From Allocoleopsis franciscana PCC 7113 (lineage in GTDB: Bacteria > Cyanobacteriota > Cyanobacteriia > Cyanobacteriales > Coleofasciculaceae): 64,000 nucleotides of DNA. Positions 10,148-20,267 of this stretch are shown here, piece after piece. The stretch spans positions 1,873,623 to 1,937,622 of the forward strand of contig NC_019738.1 of assembly GCF_000317515.1 (NCBI RefSeq), read 5' to 3'. The first letter of the stretch is position 1. Each line of letters starts with the position of its first letter. The translations under genes were made by a program, and so were the position numbers. The notes under the pieces were generated by a model. That model ran no database searches. It worked only from the letters and a program-made list of their open reading frames with translations, and was not told the DNA's origin.

Positions 10148-10924
10148 CTAGTAGCTGATTTGTAGGGTTACAGAAGCTTGCACCTCTTGCTCGCCCCCAA
10201 CGATCGCCAGAATCGCATCGCCCGATAGCTTAGTCGTGGTAGAAAATTGTTCCCGAAATCGAGGTTCTGGGGGTGGGGTAGCACCATTAATTTGAATACT
10301 GACAATGTCTTTAGGAGTGAGATTGAGAGTGTTCAAGACGGCATCCGCCTGCTGTTGAGCCTCCTGAGTGGCTTCACGCAGAGCTTGTTTTTGCGCTGAC
10401 GCGATCGCCTCATCGGATGCCGTAAAACTAATACCATCAATTCGCGTGGCACCGACTTGAACGGCATCATCCAAGAGCTTACCCGCTTGCTCAGTAGAGG
10501 CGCGAAAACTAACGGTATTCGTACCTGAATAACCGGTGATCTGGGGTGCCTTGTTGTCTTCGGAACGATAAACAGGGTTGAGTCGGATGCCCGTCGTTTC
10601 TAACTTTTCCACATTCCGCGATCGCAGTAACTCCACAACCGCTGATGAGCGACGTGCCACTTCTTGCTGAACCTCTGTCGCCGTCTTTCCCTGAACTTCA
10701 ACACCCAACTGCACCTGAGTCTTCGTGGTGGCAATTGATTCCACGCCTCGCCCTGTTACGGTAAGGGTTCGTAGTAGTTTCTCCTGTGCCAGCGTCGGCT
10801 GAGTCAGTGTTAGAGTCAGGAGTCCCACCATTAAAGAAACCGTCGGCAACCGCTGACTCAAGATATTGCAAGAACGAGAGAGAAAAGTTTGATTCATGTC
10901 CAGGATTCTCCTAATCTGAAACAA
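10148..10924 (-). CDS. SIMPL-domain (DUF541) periplasmic protein
   Basis: Signal peptide, then LTVTGRGVESIATTKTQVQLGVEV...RLNPVY pattern. Confidence 0.6.
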   Translation of the reverse strand: MFQIRRILDMNQTFLSRSCNILSQRLPTVSLMVGLLTLTLTQPTLAQEKLLRTLTVTGRGVESIATTKTQVQLGVEVQGKTATEVQQEVARRSSAVVELLRSRNVEKLETTGIRLNPVYRSEDNKAPQITGYSGTNTVSFRASTEQAGKLLDDAVQVGATRIDGISFTASDEAIASAQKQALREATQEAQQQADAVLNTLNLTPKDIVSIQINGATPPPEPRFREQFSTTTKLSGDAILAIVGGEQEVQASVTLQISY

Positions 10925-11134
10925 GGCTAAATCTTCCTAACCCATACAATTTTTAGGCTTTTGTTAGGGTCGTAGCGTAAGAAATATGACTGGAAAAACA
11001 GGATGACTTGATATCATGAACCTGTCGTTAGCTTCTACTGTGCCACCATAGAGCGTCAAACTTTTCAGTCGTTACCGTTTTAGCAACTCGGCTAAATTTG
11101 CCTTCTTTTAATTTGTAGTTTTTCTCTTCAACCG

Positions 11135-11542
11135 ATGGCCTACTGGCTACTCAAAAGCGAACCCCAAGAATACTCCTACACCAATTTAGAGCAAGCTGGA
11201 TGTGGCATCTGGGATGGTGTCAAAAATCCTCTGGCTCTCAAATATCTCCGTACCATGCAATTAGGGGACAAAGTATTGATTTATCACACAGGTAAAGAGC
11301 GGCAGGTCGTGGGGATTGCTGAAATTATGTCATTGCCTTATCCTGACCCTAAACTCAATGACCCTCGTCGGATGGTGGTGGACATTCGCGCCGTGCGATC
11401 GCTCTCCCGGCCTGTTACCCTAACACAGATTAAGCAAGATTATCACTTCACAAGCTTCGACCTCGTCCGTCTGCCACGGCTTTCCGTCGTCCCCGTTTCT
11501 GCTGAATATTGGCAGCGAATTCTTCAACTGGCAGGAGAGTAA
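11135..11542 (+). CDS. EVE (PUA-like) domain protein
   Basis: MAYWLLKSEPQEYSY...GCGIWDGVKNPLALKYL...GDKVLIYHTG. Confidence 0.7.
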   Translation: MAYWLLKSEPQEYSYTNLEQAGCGIWDGVKNPLALKYLRTMQLGDKVLIYHTGKERQVVGIAEIMSLPYPDPKLNDPRRMVVDIRAVRSLSRPVTLTQIKQDYHFTSFDLVRLPRLSVVPVSAEYWQRILQLAGE

Positions 11543-11625
11543 ACTTTTTGTATCGTACTTAACTGCCCAGCAGAATCAACCAAAGGAAGGCTTGATTTCG
11601 TTAAGAAACTTGTAGAGTAGAAAGA

Positions 11626-13170
11626 ATGATTTTTTCGCAACTACCACGAATGGCTGACATCACTGCCTGGGTGAGTTTCTTCGACCCTACCAACCTGTTT
11701 TCGTCTTTCGGGACTCACTCTCTGCTGATGGCAGAGGCAACTCCCAAGGAATCAGCAAGCGAATCACTGATCTTTGCCGGAGTACTCCTGAGTTTGGTCG
11801 TGATCTACTTTGCCAGCAAACTGGGCGGTGAGATTTGCGCTCGACTTAACTTACCACCCGTATTAGGGGAACTTGTCGGCGGTGTAGCCGTAGGAGTCTC
11901 TGCTCTCCATCTGTTAGTGTTCCCAGAAGGTAGTGCAGATGTCAGCAACTCTTTACTGGTAAGCTTTCTGCAAACAACGGCGGGTTTGAGTCCAGAAGCA
12001 GCCGTTTCCGTCTTTCAAGCTCAGAGCGAGGTAATCTCGATCTTGGCAGAATTAGGGGTCGTGATTCTATTGTTTGAAATTGGACTAGAGTCTGACCTAA
12101 AAGAACTCATCCGCGTTGGTCCGCAAGCGGCTGTTGTCGCCATTATTGGGGTCGTAGTGCCCTTTGCTGCTGGTACGGCTGGATTAATTTATTTATTTCA
12201 TATTCCCCCTGTCCCGGCGATTTTTGCGGGTGCGGCTTTGACCGCCACCAGTATTGGAATTACGGCAAAAGTGCTAGCAGAAATCGGTCGTCTTAGTTCT
12301 CCAGAAGGTCAAATTATCATTGGTGCAGCCGTTCTGGATGACGTACTCGGAATTATCGTCTTGGCGGTTGTTGCGAGTCTGGCGAAGACGGGTGAAATCG
12401 AGATTGGCAACGTCATCTATCTGATTGTTAGTGCGGCTGTTTTCTTGGTTGGGGCTATTTTGTTAGGTCGTTTCTTAAGCCCCTATTTCGTTGCCTTAGT
12501 CAATGAAATGAAAACTCGCGGTCAGCTATTACTGACGGCACTCATTTTTGCCTTTATCCTGTCCTACATTGGCGCTGTTATTCACTTAGAAGCGATTTTG
12601 GGAGCCTTTGCGGCGGGACTTGTTCTAGCAGAAACCGATAAGCGTCGGGAGTTAGAAGAACAGGTGATTCCCGTTGCCGATATGCTTGTCCCGATTTTCT
12701 TTGTTGTCGTCGGGGCAAAAACGGATCTGGGTGTTCTCAATCCCACCGTTCCTGCTAATCGGGAAGGCTTGATTTTGGCGGCTTTCCTGATTGTAGTCGC
12801 GATTCTGGGTAAGGTAGTTACGGGTCTGTTTGTATTCGGTCAACCTGGAATCAACCGCCTAGCCATTGGTGTTGGGATGATTCCTAGAGGCGAAGTGGGA
12901 CTGGTTTTTTTGGGTGTAGGCTCGGCTAGTGGTGTCCTATCACCCGCGATGGAGGCTGCGATTATCATGATGGTCATTTTGACAACTTTTGTCGCCCCTC
13001 CCTTCCTGCGATTTGTGTTTCAGGAATCCGACTTGGAGACTACAGCTTCAGAAATACCAGTCTTAGACGGGGCAAGCACAGAATCGGTGGCTGTAAAACC
13101 AGCCGTCAACCAACAGCAAGAGTCATTCGAGGATGTTGAAACGATTGAGGAGCAAAAGAAAGGTTCGTGA
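11626..13170 (+). CDS. Cation:proton (Na+/H+) antiporter, CPA family
   Basis: About 12 TM segments with characteristic LDDVLGIIVLAV and GMIPRGEVGLVF motifs. Confidence 0.8.
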   Translation: MIFSQLPRMADITAWVSFFDPTNLFSSFGTHSLLMAEATPKESASESLIFAGVLLSLVVIYFASKLGGEICARLNLPPVLGELVGGVAVGVSALHLLVFPEGSADVSNSLLVSFLQTTAGLSPEAAVSVFQAQSEVISILAELGVVILLFEIGLESDLKELIRVGPQAAVVAIIGVVVPFAAGTAGLIYLFHIPPVPAIFAGAALTATSIGITAKVLAEIGRLSSPEGQIIIGAAVLDDVLGIIVLAVVASLAKTGEIEIGNVIYLIVSAAVFLVGAILLGRFLSPYFVALVNEMKTRGQLLLTALIFAFILSYIGAVIHLEAILGAFAAGLVLAETDKRRELEEQVIPVADMLVPIFFVVVGAKTDLGVLNPTVPANREGLILAAFLIVVAILGKVVTGLFVFGQPGINRLAIGVGMIPRGEVGLVFLGVGSASGVLSPAMEAAIIMMVILTTFVAPPFLRFVFQESDLETTASEIPVLDGASTESVAVKPAVNQQQESFEDVETIEEQKKGS

Positions 13171-13528
13171 AAACTGACTGTCATGGATTAATCTTTTCAA
13201 CATTGATCGTCTTTGTACACAACCCAATCTATATTTTTGATTGGGACAATTCTGTGTATACTGTTTTTCCTGAAACTTAAGTTTGCTAGCCTACGTCCCT
13301 TGAAGTTGACTGTCTTGAGCAGACAGATGCCCATTGATATGCATTGAAGAGTGCGGCCAAACGCTGGAGTCAGAGTTGGCACAAACGTGTAGTCAAAACT
13401 CATGAAGATGTCTTGACAAACGGAAAAAAACGTGAATTAAGCTTTCACATCCGCAACTCCCTTGATTTTGGTGAATCACCCAACCCCTGTTTCGATGCAA
13501 CACCGCGCTTTAACGAGGAGCAATAATT

Positions 13529-15007
13529 GTGAAATTTCGCTGGCTACTAGTACTTCCCAGCTTTTTAATAGTTTTTCTTCTTTCATCTGCCGCCCAAGCG
13601 CGTCAACTTCTACAGTGGCGTTTTGATAACAATCAGAACCGATTGGTGTTTATCACCGACAGTGGGGTTCAACCCAAAGCGTTACTGATGACCAATCCAA
13701 CACGGGTAGTCATTGACTTGCCTGGGATTGATTTGGGACGCCCAACCGCAAATCAACGGGTGAGTGGGGCGATTCGAGAAGTTCGCGTGGGACAACTGGA
13801 CAACAATACAACTCGGATCGTAATTGAATTAGCGCCCGGTTACACCTTAGATCCGAAGGCCGTGAAATTCCGAGGGCTTTCGCCACGAGAGTGGACGGTT
13901 CAATTACCGACACCTGAACGGATCGGGCCATCCCCTAATCAACCCCGCGAAAATACGCCTCCCAGGAATCAATCCTCCCAGGTGCCACCCTTGCTGGGAA
14001 CACCCAATCGACCGATTTCTACCTCTGATGCGGGTAAAGTCGCGACAATTGAGTCCGTTGAACTGGCTAACAACCAGACTCAACTTTTAATTCGGGCTGA
14101 CCAACCGGTGAGGGCGATTAGTACTTGGGATGCGATCGCCAAAGCTTATCGTATTACAATTCCCTCGGCTCGATTGGCTCAACGAGTCAGGGGGCCACAA
14201 CTTGATGCCAGGAGTCCTCTGTCGCGGGTACTACTCAGGCAGCAAGATGCCCGCACGGTTGTGCTTTTGGTGCAACCGGCTGGGGATGCCCAGATTGGGG
14301 AACTCAATCAACTCAATAACGAGCTTTTGGCGCTGCAAATCAAGCCCTCCCAACCCGAAACGTCGCCCATCAGCAGTATTCCTGTGCCACTGCCGGAGAG
14401 GAATACGCCAGCGCCACCCCCTGCCATCAATAATCCACCGGTGTCATCTCCCCGCGTACCCAAGGGGCGCGTTGTGGTCATGGTCGATCCGGGACACGGC
14501 GGCAAAGACCCAGGTGCGATCGGCATTGGTGGATTGCGAGAAAAAGATGTTATCCTGCCGATCGCCCAACAAGTGGCCTCGCTTTTGGAGCAACAAGGTA
14601 TCCAAGCCGTGATGACGCGAACGTCGGATTACTTTGTGGATCTGGCACCACGAGTCACCATGGCTGAACGAGCAAATGCCGACTTATTTGTCAGTATCCA
14701 TGCTAATGCCATCAGTCTGAACCGCTCCGATGTGAGTGGCTTAGAGACGTATTATTACTCAAGCGGTCAGCGTCTAGCTCAGACCATCCACAACAGCATT
14801 TTGCAGAGTCTTGATGTTAAAGACCGAGGTGTCCGGCGGGCGAGATTTTACGTACTCAGAAAGAGTTCTATGCCCTCGGTTTTAGTAGAAGTGGGTTTTG
14901 TCACGGGAAGAGAAGATGCTGCCAAACTGTCTAACTCAGCTTACCGCAGCCAGATGGCACAAGCGATCGCTCGTGGTATTCTCCAGTACATTCAGCAAAA
15001 TAGTTAA
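13529..15007 (+). CDS. amiC: N-acetylmuramoyl-L-alanine amidase with two AMIN domains (AmiC-type)
   Basis: GTG start, signal peptide, AMIN repeats, Pro-rich linker, VVMVDPGHGGKDPGA...SIHANA amidase_3 motifs; followed by murI as in Nostocales amiC-murI. Confidence 0.8.
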   Translation: MKFRWLLVLPSFLIVFLLSSAAQARQLLQWRFDNNQNRLVFITDSGVQPKALLMTNPTRVVIDLPGIDLGRPTANQRVSGAIREVRVGQLDNNTTRIVIELAPGYTLDPKAVKFRGLSPREWTVQLPTPERIGPSPNQPRENTPPRNQSSQVPPLLGTPNRPISTSDAGKVATIESVELANNQTQLLIRADQPVRAISTWDAIAKAYRITIPSARLAQRVRGPQLDARSPLSRVLLRQQDARTVVLLVQPAGDAQIGELNQLNNELLALQIKPSQPETSPISSIPVPLPERNTPAPPPAINNPPVSSPRVPKGRVVVMVDPGHGGKDPGAIGIGGLREKDVILPIAQQVASLLEQQGIQAVMTRTSDYFVDLAPRVTMAERANADLFVSIHANAISLNRSDVSGLETYYYSSGQRLAQTIHNSILQSLDVKDRGVRRARFYVLRKSSMPSVLVEVGFVTGREDAAKLSNSAYRSQMAQAIARGILQYIQQNS

Positions 15008-15031
15008 ACATCTTTCTCCTAACAAACATCG

Positions 15032-15979
15032 GTGATCAACTTTTCCACCTCTTCCCTCAATCACTCTCACGGGCAAAATCCCTCTGACTCGGACACACCT
15101 GACTTTCCGCCAAAGGAAACCGATAGTCCTGCTTATCCAGCCCAGGAAGAACCGCAGCAGCGTCGTATCGGTGTTTTCGACAGCGGGGTCGGTGGTCTCA
15201 CCGTTTTGAGAGAACTCTACCGACAACTCCCAAACGAATCGATCCTGTACTTTGCTGACACAGCGCGACTACCCTATGGCACAAGGTCGCGCCATGAAAT
15301 TGTTCAGTTCGGTTTTGAGATCTTGAGCTGGATGGTGCAACAGGACGTCAAAATGGTTGTCCTGGCCTGTAATACAAGTGATGCTCTAGCGTTGGAAACC
15401 TTACGACGCGAGTTTAATTTACCGATTTTGGGGTTAATTTTACCGGGTGCTCGTGCGGCGGTTCAACAAGGTCGGCGCATTGGGGTGATTGCCACCCCAG
15501 CAACGGCTTCTAGCAATGCTTATCGGCGTGCCATATCCGAGATTGAAGCGACAGCACAAGTCTGGCAAGTTGGGTGTCCGGAGTTTGTGCCGTTAGTCGA
15601 GCAAAACCGCCTCCACGACCCCTATACGGCTGAGGTGGCGCGGCAGTACCTAGACCCTTTACTACAGCAGCGAATCGATACCCTGATTTATGGCTGTACT
15701 CATTATCCGCTTCTGGCTCCCGTCTTACGGACAATCCTACCTCCCACCGTCCAACTCATTGACCCTGCTGTACACGTCGTGGCGGCAGCGGCACAAGAAC
15801 TGGACATCCTGGGACTGAGGAATAATCGAGCACCACTGCCGACTAGCTTTTGTGTGAGTGGCTGTCCTCAACAGTTCGCCAAACTCTCCGTACAATGGCT
15901 AGGCTGCACTCCAGTGGCTGAAAAAGTATCTTTGCCAACCGTATCTCCCCCGGTGGCTCCGCTAGAATCAGTCGAGTGA
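15032..15979 (+). CDS. murI: Glutamate racemase
   Basis: IGVFDSGVGGLTVLREL and LACNTSDALALE, GCTHYPLL motifs; ~45-aa N-terminal extension. Confidence 0.85.
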   Translation: MINFSTSSLNHSHGQNPSDSDTPDFPPKETDSPAYPAQEEPQQRRIGVFDSGVGGLTVLRELYRQLPNESILYFADTARLPYGTRSRHEIVQFGFEILSWMVQQDVKMVVLACNTSDALALETLRREFNLPILGLILPGARAAVQQGRRIGVIATPATASSNAYRRAISEIEATAQVWQVGCPEFVPLVEQNRLHDPYTAEVARQYLDPLLQQRIDTLIYGCTHYPLLAPVLRTILPPTVQLIDPAVHVVAAAAQELDILGLRNNRAPLPTSFCVSGCPQQFAKLSVQWLGCTPVAEKVSLPTVSPPVAPLESVE

Positions 15980-16045
15980 TCGCAGATCTAACTCATCGGA
16001 AATCTTCTTCCATGGGTAGGGGTGGTGAGCAAAGAAGCACAAAAA

Positions 16046-16078
16046 AACGCCCACAAGGGGCGGTGTGTTACTTTTTAG
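16046..16078 (+). terminator. Putative intrinsic terminator after murI
   Basis: CGCCC-ACAAG-GGGCG hairpin followed by GTGTGTTACTTTTT. Confidence 0.35.
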
Positions 16079-17030
16079 AGAATAAAAAATTAATCTTGAA
16101 TTATAGGAGAGAGAGACTAAGAACCCGAAAAAAATCTGATTTTAGTTTCTCTCCCAATGCGGAGCCAGTTAAGATAGAGTGCCGGCCTTTTGTACGTTTG
16201 ATGATGGCGCGACAGGAGGTGCTAACTCCTCGGAGGCTAATGAAGCTACACGGCTCATCTGAAATGACCATCCTTCAACCTCATCAGTCTCAGGGGTCTG
16301 ATCTGTTGAGACAAAAGGAGCGTAAGCGTCTGTCAAAGAGTTGTCCACGTAATGCGAATTCTTGATTGTCCGCTGCGCTAGAGTCAATAGCAAATAAATT
16401 GTTAATAGGTAACCAGTCGCCAGAAGAGGAATAATCACAGGCATATCCATATAAATCATAGTGTGGACAAGAGGGAGGGAAAGGAAAATTCAATACAAGT
16501 TCTTCCAACAGCATTCCCAATCCTTATGGACTCAAGACACGGTTGGCATACAAATACTTAGGGAGACAGAGCATTGTTCCCTCCAACTTCACCGTTGGTT
16601 CTCGTAACTCAAGTTCTGAACAAAATGCTCAAACTCGGCTCGGAATCTCGGCCCAGGAGAAGTTTATTATTATTATTTATGTCTGACAGACAACGATCCC
16701 CAGTGATGCCACGGGGGAGTCATCCAGAAACATCAGGTACTCTGTCTACTGAATGCGTATTACACCATCGGTATAGGGGAATACACTCCTCTATCACCTT
16801 GGAATCAATAAATGTATTAATTTTTTGAAACCCTTACTATTTAGATTAACACAACAATCCTGGCGAGTTACACTAATTTTTTCAGGGACTTAATATGTCG
16901 ATACAAACCCTGGTATTACGCTTGGGCACAGCTATTAATCCAACAAAACTTCCCTGTAGGGGACGCTTCGCCTAAAATTAAAAAAAGAAATTGTAAACTT
17001 TCGTAACCTAATCTCTGAGTCGGCTGATCC

Positions 17031-18002
17031 ATGACCTCAGTAACTTCCCTTTTCGCCCCTGTAGAAGCAGACCTGTGTCTGCTGACCGAGAACTTAAAGA
17101 ACCTGGTAGGTGCCCGTCACCCCATACTCTATGCCGCAGCCGAACACTTATTCGGGGCACAGGGAAAGCGAGTTAGACCGGCAATCGTGTTTTTAATTTC
17201 GCGAGCCACCATGCTCGACTCCGACATTACCCCGCGTCATCGTCGTCTAGCAGAAATCACAGAAATGATTCACACGGCGAGTCTGGTTCATGACGATGTC
17301 GTCGATGAGGCAGAGGTACGTCGCAACGTTCCCACCGTCCATAGCTTGTTCAACAACCGTGTGGCTGTACTCGCTGGGGATTTCTTGTTCGGTCAAGCCG
17401 CTTGGTACCTGGCTAATCTTGGCAATTTAGAAGTCGTCAAACTGCTGTCAGAAGTGATTAAAGACATGGCAGAAGGCGAAATTCAACAAGGGCTGACTCG
17501 ATTTGATACCACCCTGACGATGGAAGCCTACCTGGAGAAAACTTATCGTAAAACAGCTTCACTTCTGGCTAATAGTGCCAAAGCCGCTGGGCTACTGAGT
17601 GGTGTCTCGGCGGAGGTGGCAGACAACTTGTATCTCTATGGATATCATTTTGGGTTAGCCTTCCAAATTATCGATGATATATTGGACTTCACTGGTTCGA
17701 CGGAAGCATTAGGCAAACCGGCGGGATCGGATTTAATTAGTGGCAATCTTACCGCACCTGTTTTATATGCCTTGGAAGAAAAACCCTATCTAGAGGTACT
17801 CATTGAGCGAGAATTTGCCCAACCGGATGATATTCCTCAAGCCCTCGCTTTGGTTAAAGAGAGTGAAGGTATCGAACGTTCCCGCGCTTTAGCTGCACAC
17901 CACGCTCAAATCGCTGTAGAAAGCTTGGCGGTTCTTAATCCCTCAACATCGGCTCAAACGCTGATTGATTTAGCGGATTATGTCCTGAGTCGTTTGTACT
18001 AA
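17031..18002 (+). CDS. sds: All-trans-nonaprenyl (solanesyl) diphosphate synthase
   Basis: Polyprenyl synthetase motifs LVHDDVVDEAEVRRN and FQIIDDILDFTG; length 323 aa typical of cyanobacterial Sds. Confidence 0.8.
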   Translation: MTSVTSLFAPVEADLCLLTENLKNLVGARHPILYAAAEHLFGAQGKRVRPAIVFLISRATMLDSDITPRHRRLAEITEMIHTASLVHDDVVDEAEVRRNVPTVHSLFNNRVAVLAGDFLFGQAAWYLANLGNLEVVKLLSEVIKDMAEGEIQQGLTRFDTTLTMEAYLEKTYRKTASLLANSAKAAGLLSGVSAEVADNLYLYGYHFGLAFQIIDDILDFTGSTEALGKPAGSDLISGNLTAPVLYALEEKPYLEVLIEREFAQPDDIPQALALVKESEGIERSRALAAHHAQIAVESLAVLNPSTSAQTLIDLADYVLSRLY

Positions 18003-18517
18003 GTAAAGCGAATCATTCGCAACCGCGATTCATTCAGTTCCGACTTGTTTGATCTCCTTATCCGTCCTAACCATGAACAGTTCATTATCGTTTCTTTACA
18101 TAATATTGACAATGCCAAAGAATAATAAGTACCTTTACAGGGATTGCTTAATTTTTCAGGAGTCAATCCCGGTTTTGTGACAAAACTTAAGGATTACATA
18201 GCCAGTTGTGTGAGTATCGAGTCAGAATAACAGTAGGTAAGTACACACGCCATTTCCAAGAGTGCCAGGAGATGATCGCCCGTGGAAGCGTACAGTCAAT
18301 CTCACTCGTAGCGCCTCGCGGCTCATTATCGATGGCTAACTTCTAGAATGGATCAAAGTCACAAAACCAGGGTTCAATCTGCCGCTACGAAGCTCTTAGG
18401 ATGGAGAGGGAGTAATCCTTGCTAGACGCCCTCCGCGTTGGGATAAGGACTAGAACCATCTACCCATCAAGAGAAAGGTTGAATCTACCATCTTTATTAA
18501 CCGTTGGCAAGAGGTAG

Positions 18518-19018
18518 TCAAGCTATATCTGGAGGAAGGTTGCTAGGATATGACCTAGGTACGGACTGGCTGTGTTGCAGTTGCGTTTGAATTAAAGTTT
18601 GTAGCTCATCTCGACGTACCTCTGTCCCAGCAGCTAGATTACCGGGTGTATCGAAGAAAACTATACTTGTAACGGCGTCTAGCGCCAACATCTGGAACAG
18701 AATGTGAGTGACAGGTACAGCCGCAGCGAGGATTTCAGGGTCAGAAACCGACTGAAAATCAGCAGCATCTTTGAGAGTCCCAAAAGCATAAATAACATTT
18801 TTTTGGATCTCAGGTTGAGCGCGATTACTCAGTGTAGTGAGAAGCCAACTTTCGTCGAGAGTTTGGAGAATGTGATACTCCGAATGTTGTAGCTGGGTGG
18901 CAACGAGTTTGAGTACGGGTGCGATCGCTTCCATAATCTTGGGCGTCGTCCCGTCTTGTGGTGCATTATCAATCAGAACTTGAATTTGTAGGTCTAAATT
19001 CATGAGAACTGTCATCAA
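18518..19018 (-). CDS. Conserved hypothetical protein, divergent from hetZ-like gene
   Basis: 166-aa ORF, no motif recognised. Confidence 0.45.
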   Translation of the reverse strand: MMTVLMNLDLQIQVLIDNAPQDGTTPKIMEAIAPVLKLVATQLQHSEYHILQTLDESWLLTTLSNRAQPEIQKNVIYAFGTLKDAADFQSVSDPEILAAAVPVTHILFQMLALDAVTSIVFFDTPGNLAAGTEVRRDELQTLIQTQLQHSQSVPRSYPSNLPPDIA

Positions 19019-19094
19019 TGGTGCTGCTATCTTGAGTCTAAACCCAGATCAAAACAGTCGAGCGTGCGGAAAGTGTTAGGGTCTTTGTTAACAA

Positions 19095-20267
19095 ATGAAA
19101 ATCATGAGGGAAGTCTGCCAGGGCGTGGAGGCAATTTTTCAACTGCTGTATAACGAATTCCGGCAGTCTGTTCGTGCTTCCGATCAGAATTGCCGCGACG
19201 TGGCAGCACGTTTAGCCGATGAAGTCAGTCGAATCTGTAACGAAAGCAGTCGAATACAGACTTCAGGAGATGTTGAGAGTTGGGCGCATACCCTGGCAAC
19301 CCATCGCCTCAAGCAAGTATTAAGTTACTACAAACTGGGGTCACAACGGGGACGAATTGAGCTTCAGAGTACTCTGAGTGCGATCGTCTACCGCTACATT
19401 ACACCCCCTCATGCACCAGCCAGCTACCAGGCGCGGCTGACCTTAATCGAAGATTTCTTACAAGGATTTTACGTAGAAGCCTTGAATGCCTTTCGGCGGG
19501 AGAACTTGATTGATGCCAGTTATCGTCCGCGAAGTCTTTTGGAGTTGGCGGAATACATGGCCTTTACCGAGCGTTATGGGAAGCGGCGTATTCCCTTACC
19601 CGGTCGTCGGTCTCAGCAATTAATCATTTTGCGAGCGCAAACGTTTTCCCAACAGCAACCGCCGGAAACGTCGGTTGATATGGATACCGCCGCTGAAGGC
19701 GCAACGCCAGAGTCCGACACGAACTGGAACGATGCAGCGATCCAGCAAGTAAGGGAGATGATGGTCGCCTCCGAACCCGAACCCCTAGAAGCGAACCTGC
19801 GGGATACGGTGATTGAGGAATTACTCGCCTATTTAGAAGAACGTCAGCAACATGATTGTGCCGAATACTTTGTATTACGCCTGCAAGACCTCCCCACGAG
19901 CGAAATAGAGGAGTTTTTAGGCTTAACCCCTCGACAGAGGGATTATTTGCAGCAACGCTTTAAGTACCATCTCATTCGGTTTGCTCTATCTCACCGATGG
20001 GAACTGGTACATCAGTGGCTAGAAGCCGATCTAGAGCGGAATCTGGGACTGACGCCCTGGGAGTGGCAACGGTTTCAGACTAAGATGAACGCGACTCAGA
20101 AAGAATTACTCGATCTCAAGCAGCAAAGTTGCTCAACAAATGAAATTGCCCAAGCCTTAGGTTGTACGGTTACCCAGGTCGAAAAGCGTTGGTTTAAATT
20201 ACTCGAACTTGCCTGGGATATTCGCAATAGTTCAGTATCCGGATCTGGTGCATCTCAAGATGAATAG
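19095..20267 (+). CDS. hetZ: HetZ-like protein
   Basis: About 390 aa. LSAIVYRYI and LIEDFLQGFY blocks resemble HetZ-family proteins. It is followed by a translationally coupled patU-like gene. Assignment is from memory. Confidence 0.5.
   Translation: MKIMREVCQGVEAIFQLLYNEFRQSVRASDQNCRDVAARLADEVSRICNESSRIQTSGDVESWAHTLATHRLKQVLSYYKLGSQRGRIELQSTLSAIVYRYITPPHAPASYQARLTLIEDFLQGFYVEALNAFRRENLIDASYRPRSLLELAEYMAFTERYGKRRIPLPGRRSQQLIILRAQTFSQQQPPETSVDMDTAAEGATPESDTNWNDAAIQQVREMMVASEPEPLEANLRDTVIEELLAYLEERQQHDCAEYFVLRLQDLPTSEIEEFLGLTPRQRDYLQQRFKYHLIRFALSHRWELVHQWLEADLERNLGLTPWEWQRFQTKMNATQKELLDLKQQSCSTNEIAQALGCTVTQVEKRWFKLLELAWDIRNSSVSGSGASQDE

Noticed and set aside
14130-14612. 160-aa ORF inside amiC
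   Set aside because: Alternative frame within the Pro-rich linker region of amiC; Arg/Cys-rich nonsense composition.
15976-16365. 129-aa basic ORF after murI
   Set aside because: Composition is Arg/Lys/Ser-rich low complexity. It spans the terminator hairpin, has no RBS context and is overlapped by antisense ORFs of equal quality. Treated as non-coding.
18180-18480. Possible structured RNA or tRNA-like segment (GGTTCAATC...)
   Set aside because: No full tRNA cloverleaf (no T-loop GTTC-TCC pairing partner, no acceptor complement). No recognisable RNase P, 6S or tmRNA signature could be verified by eye.
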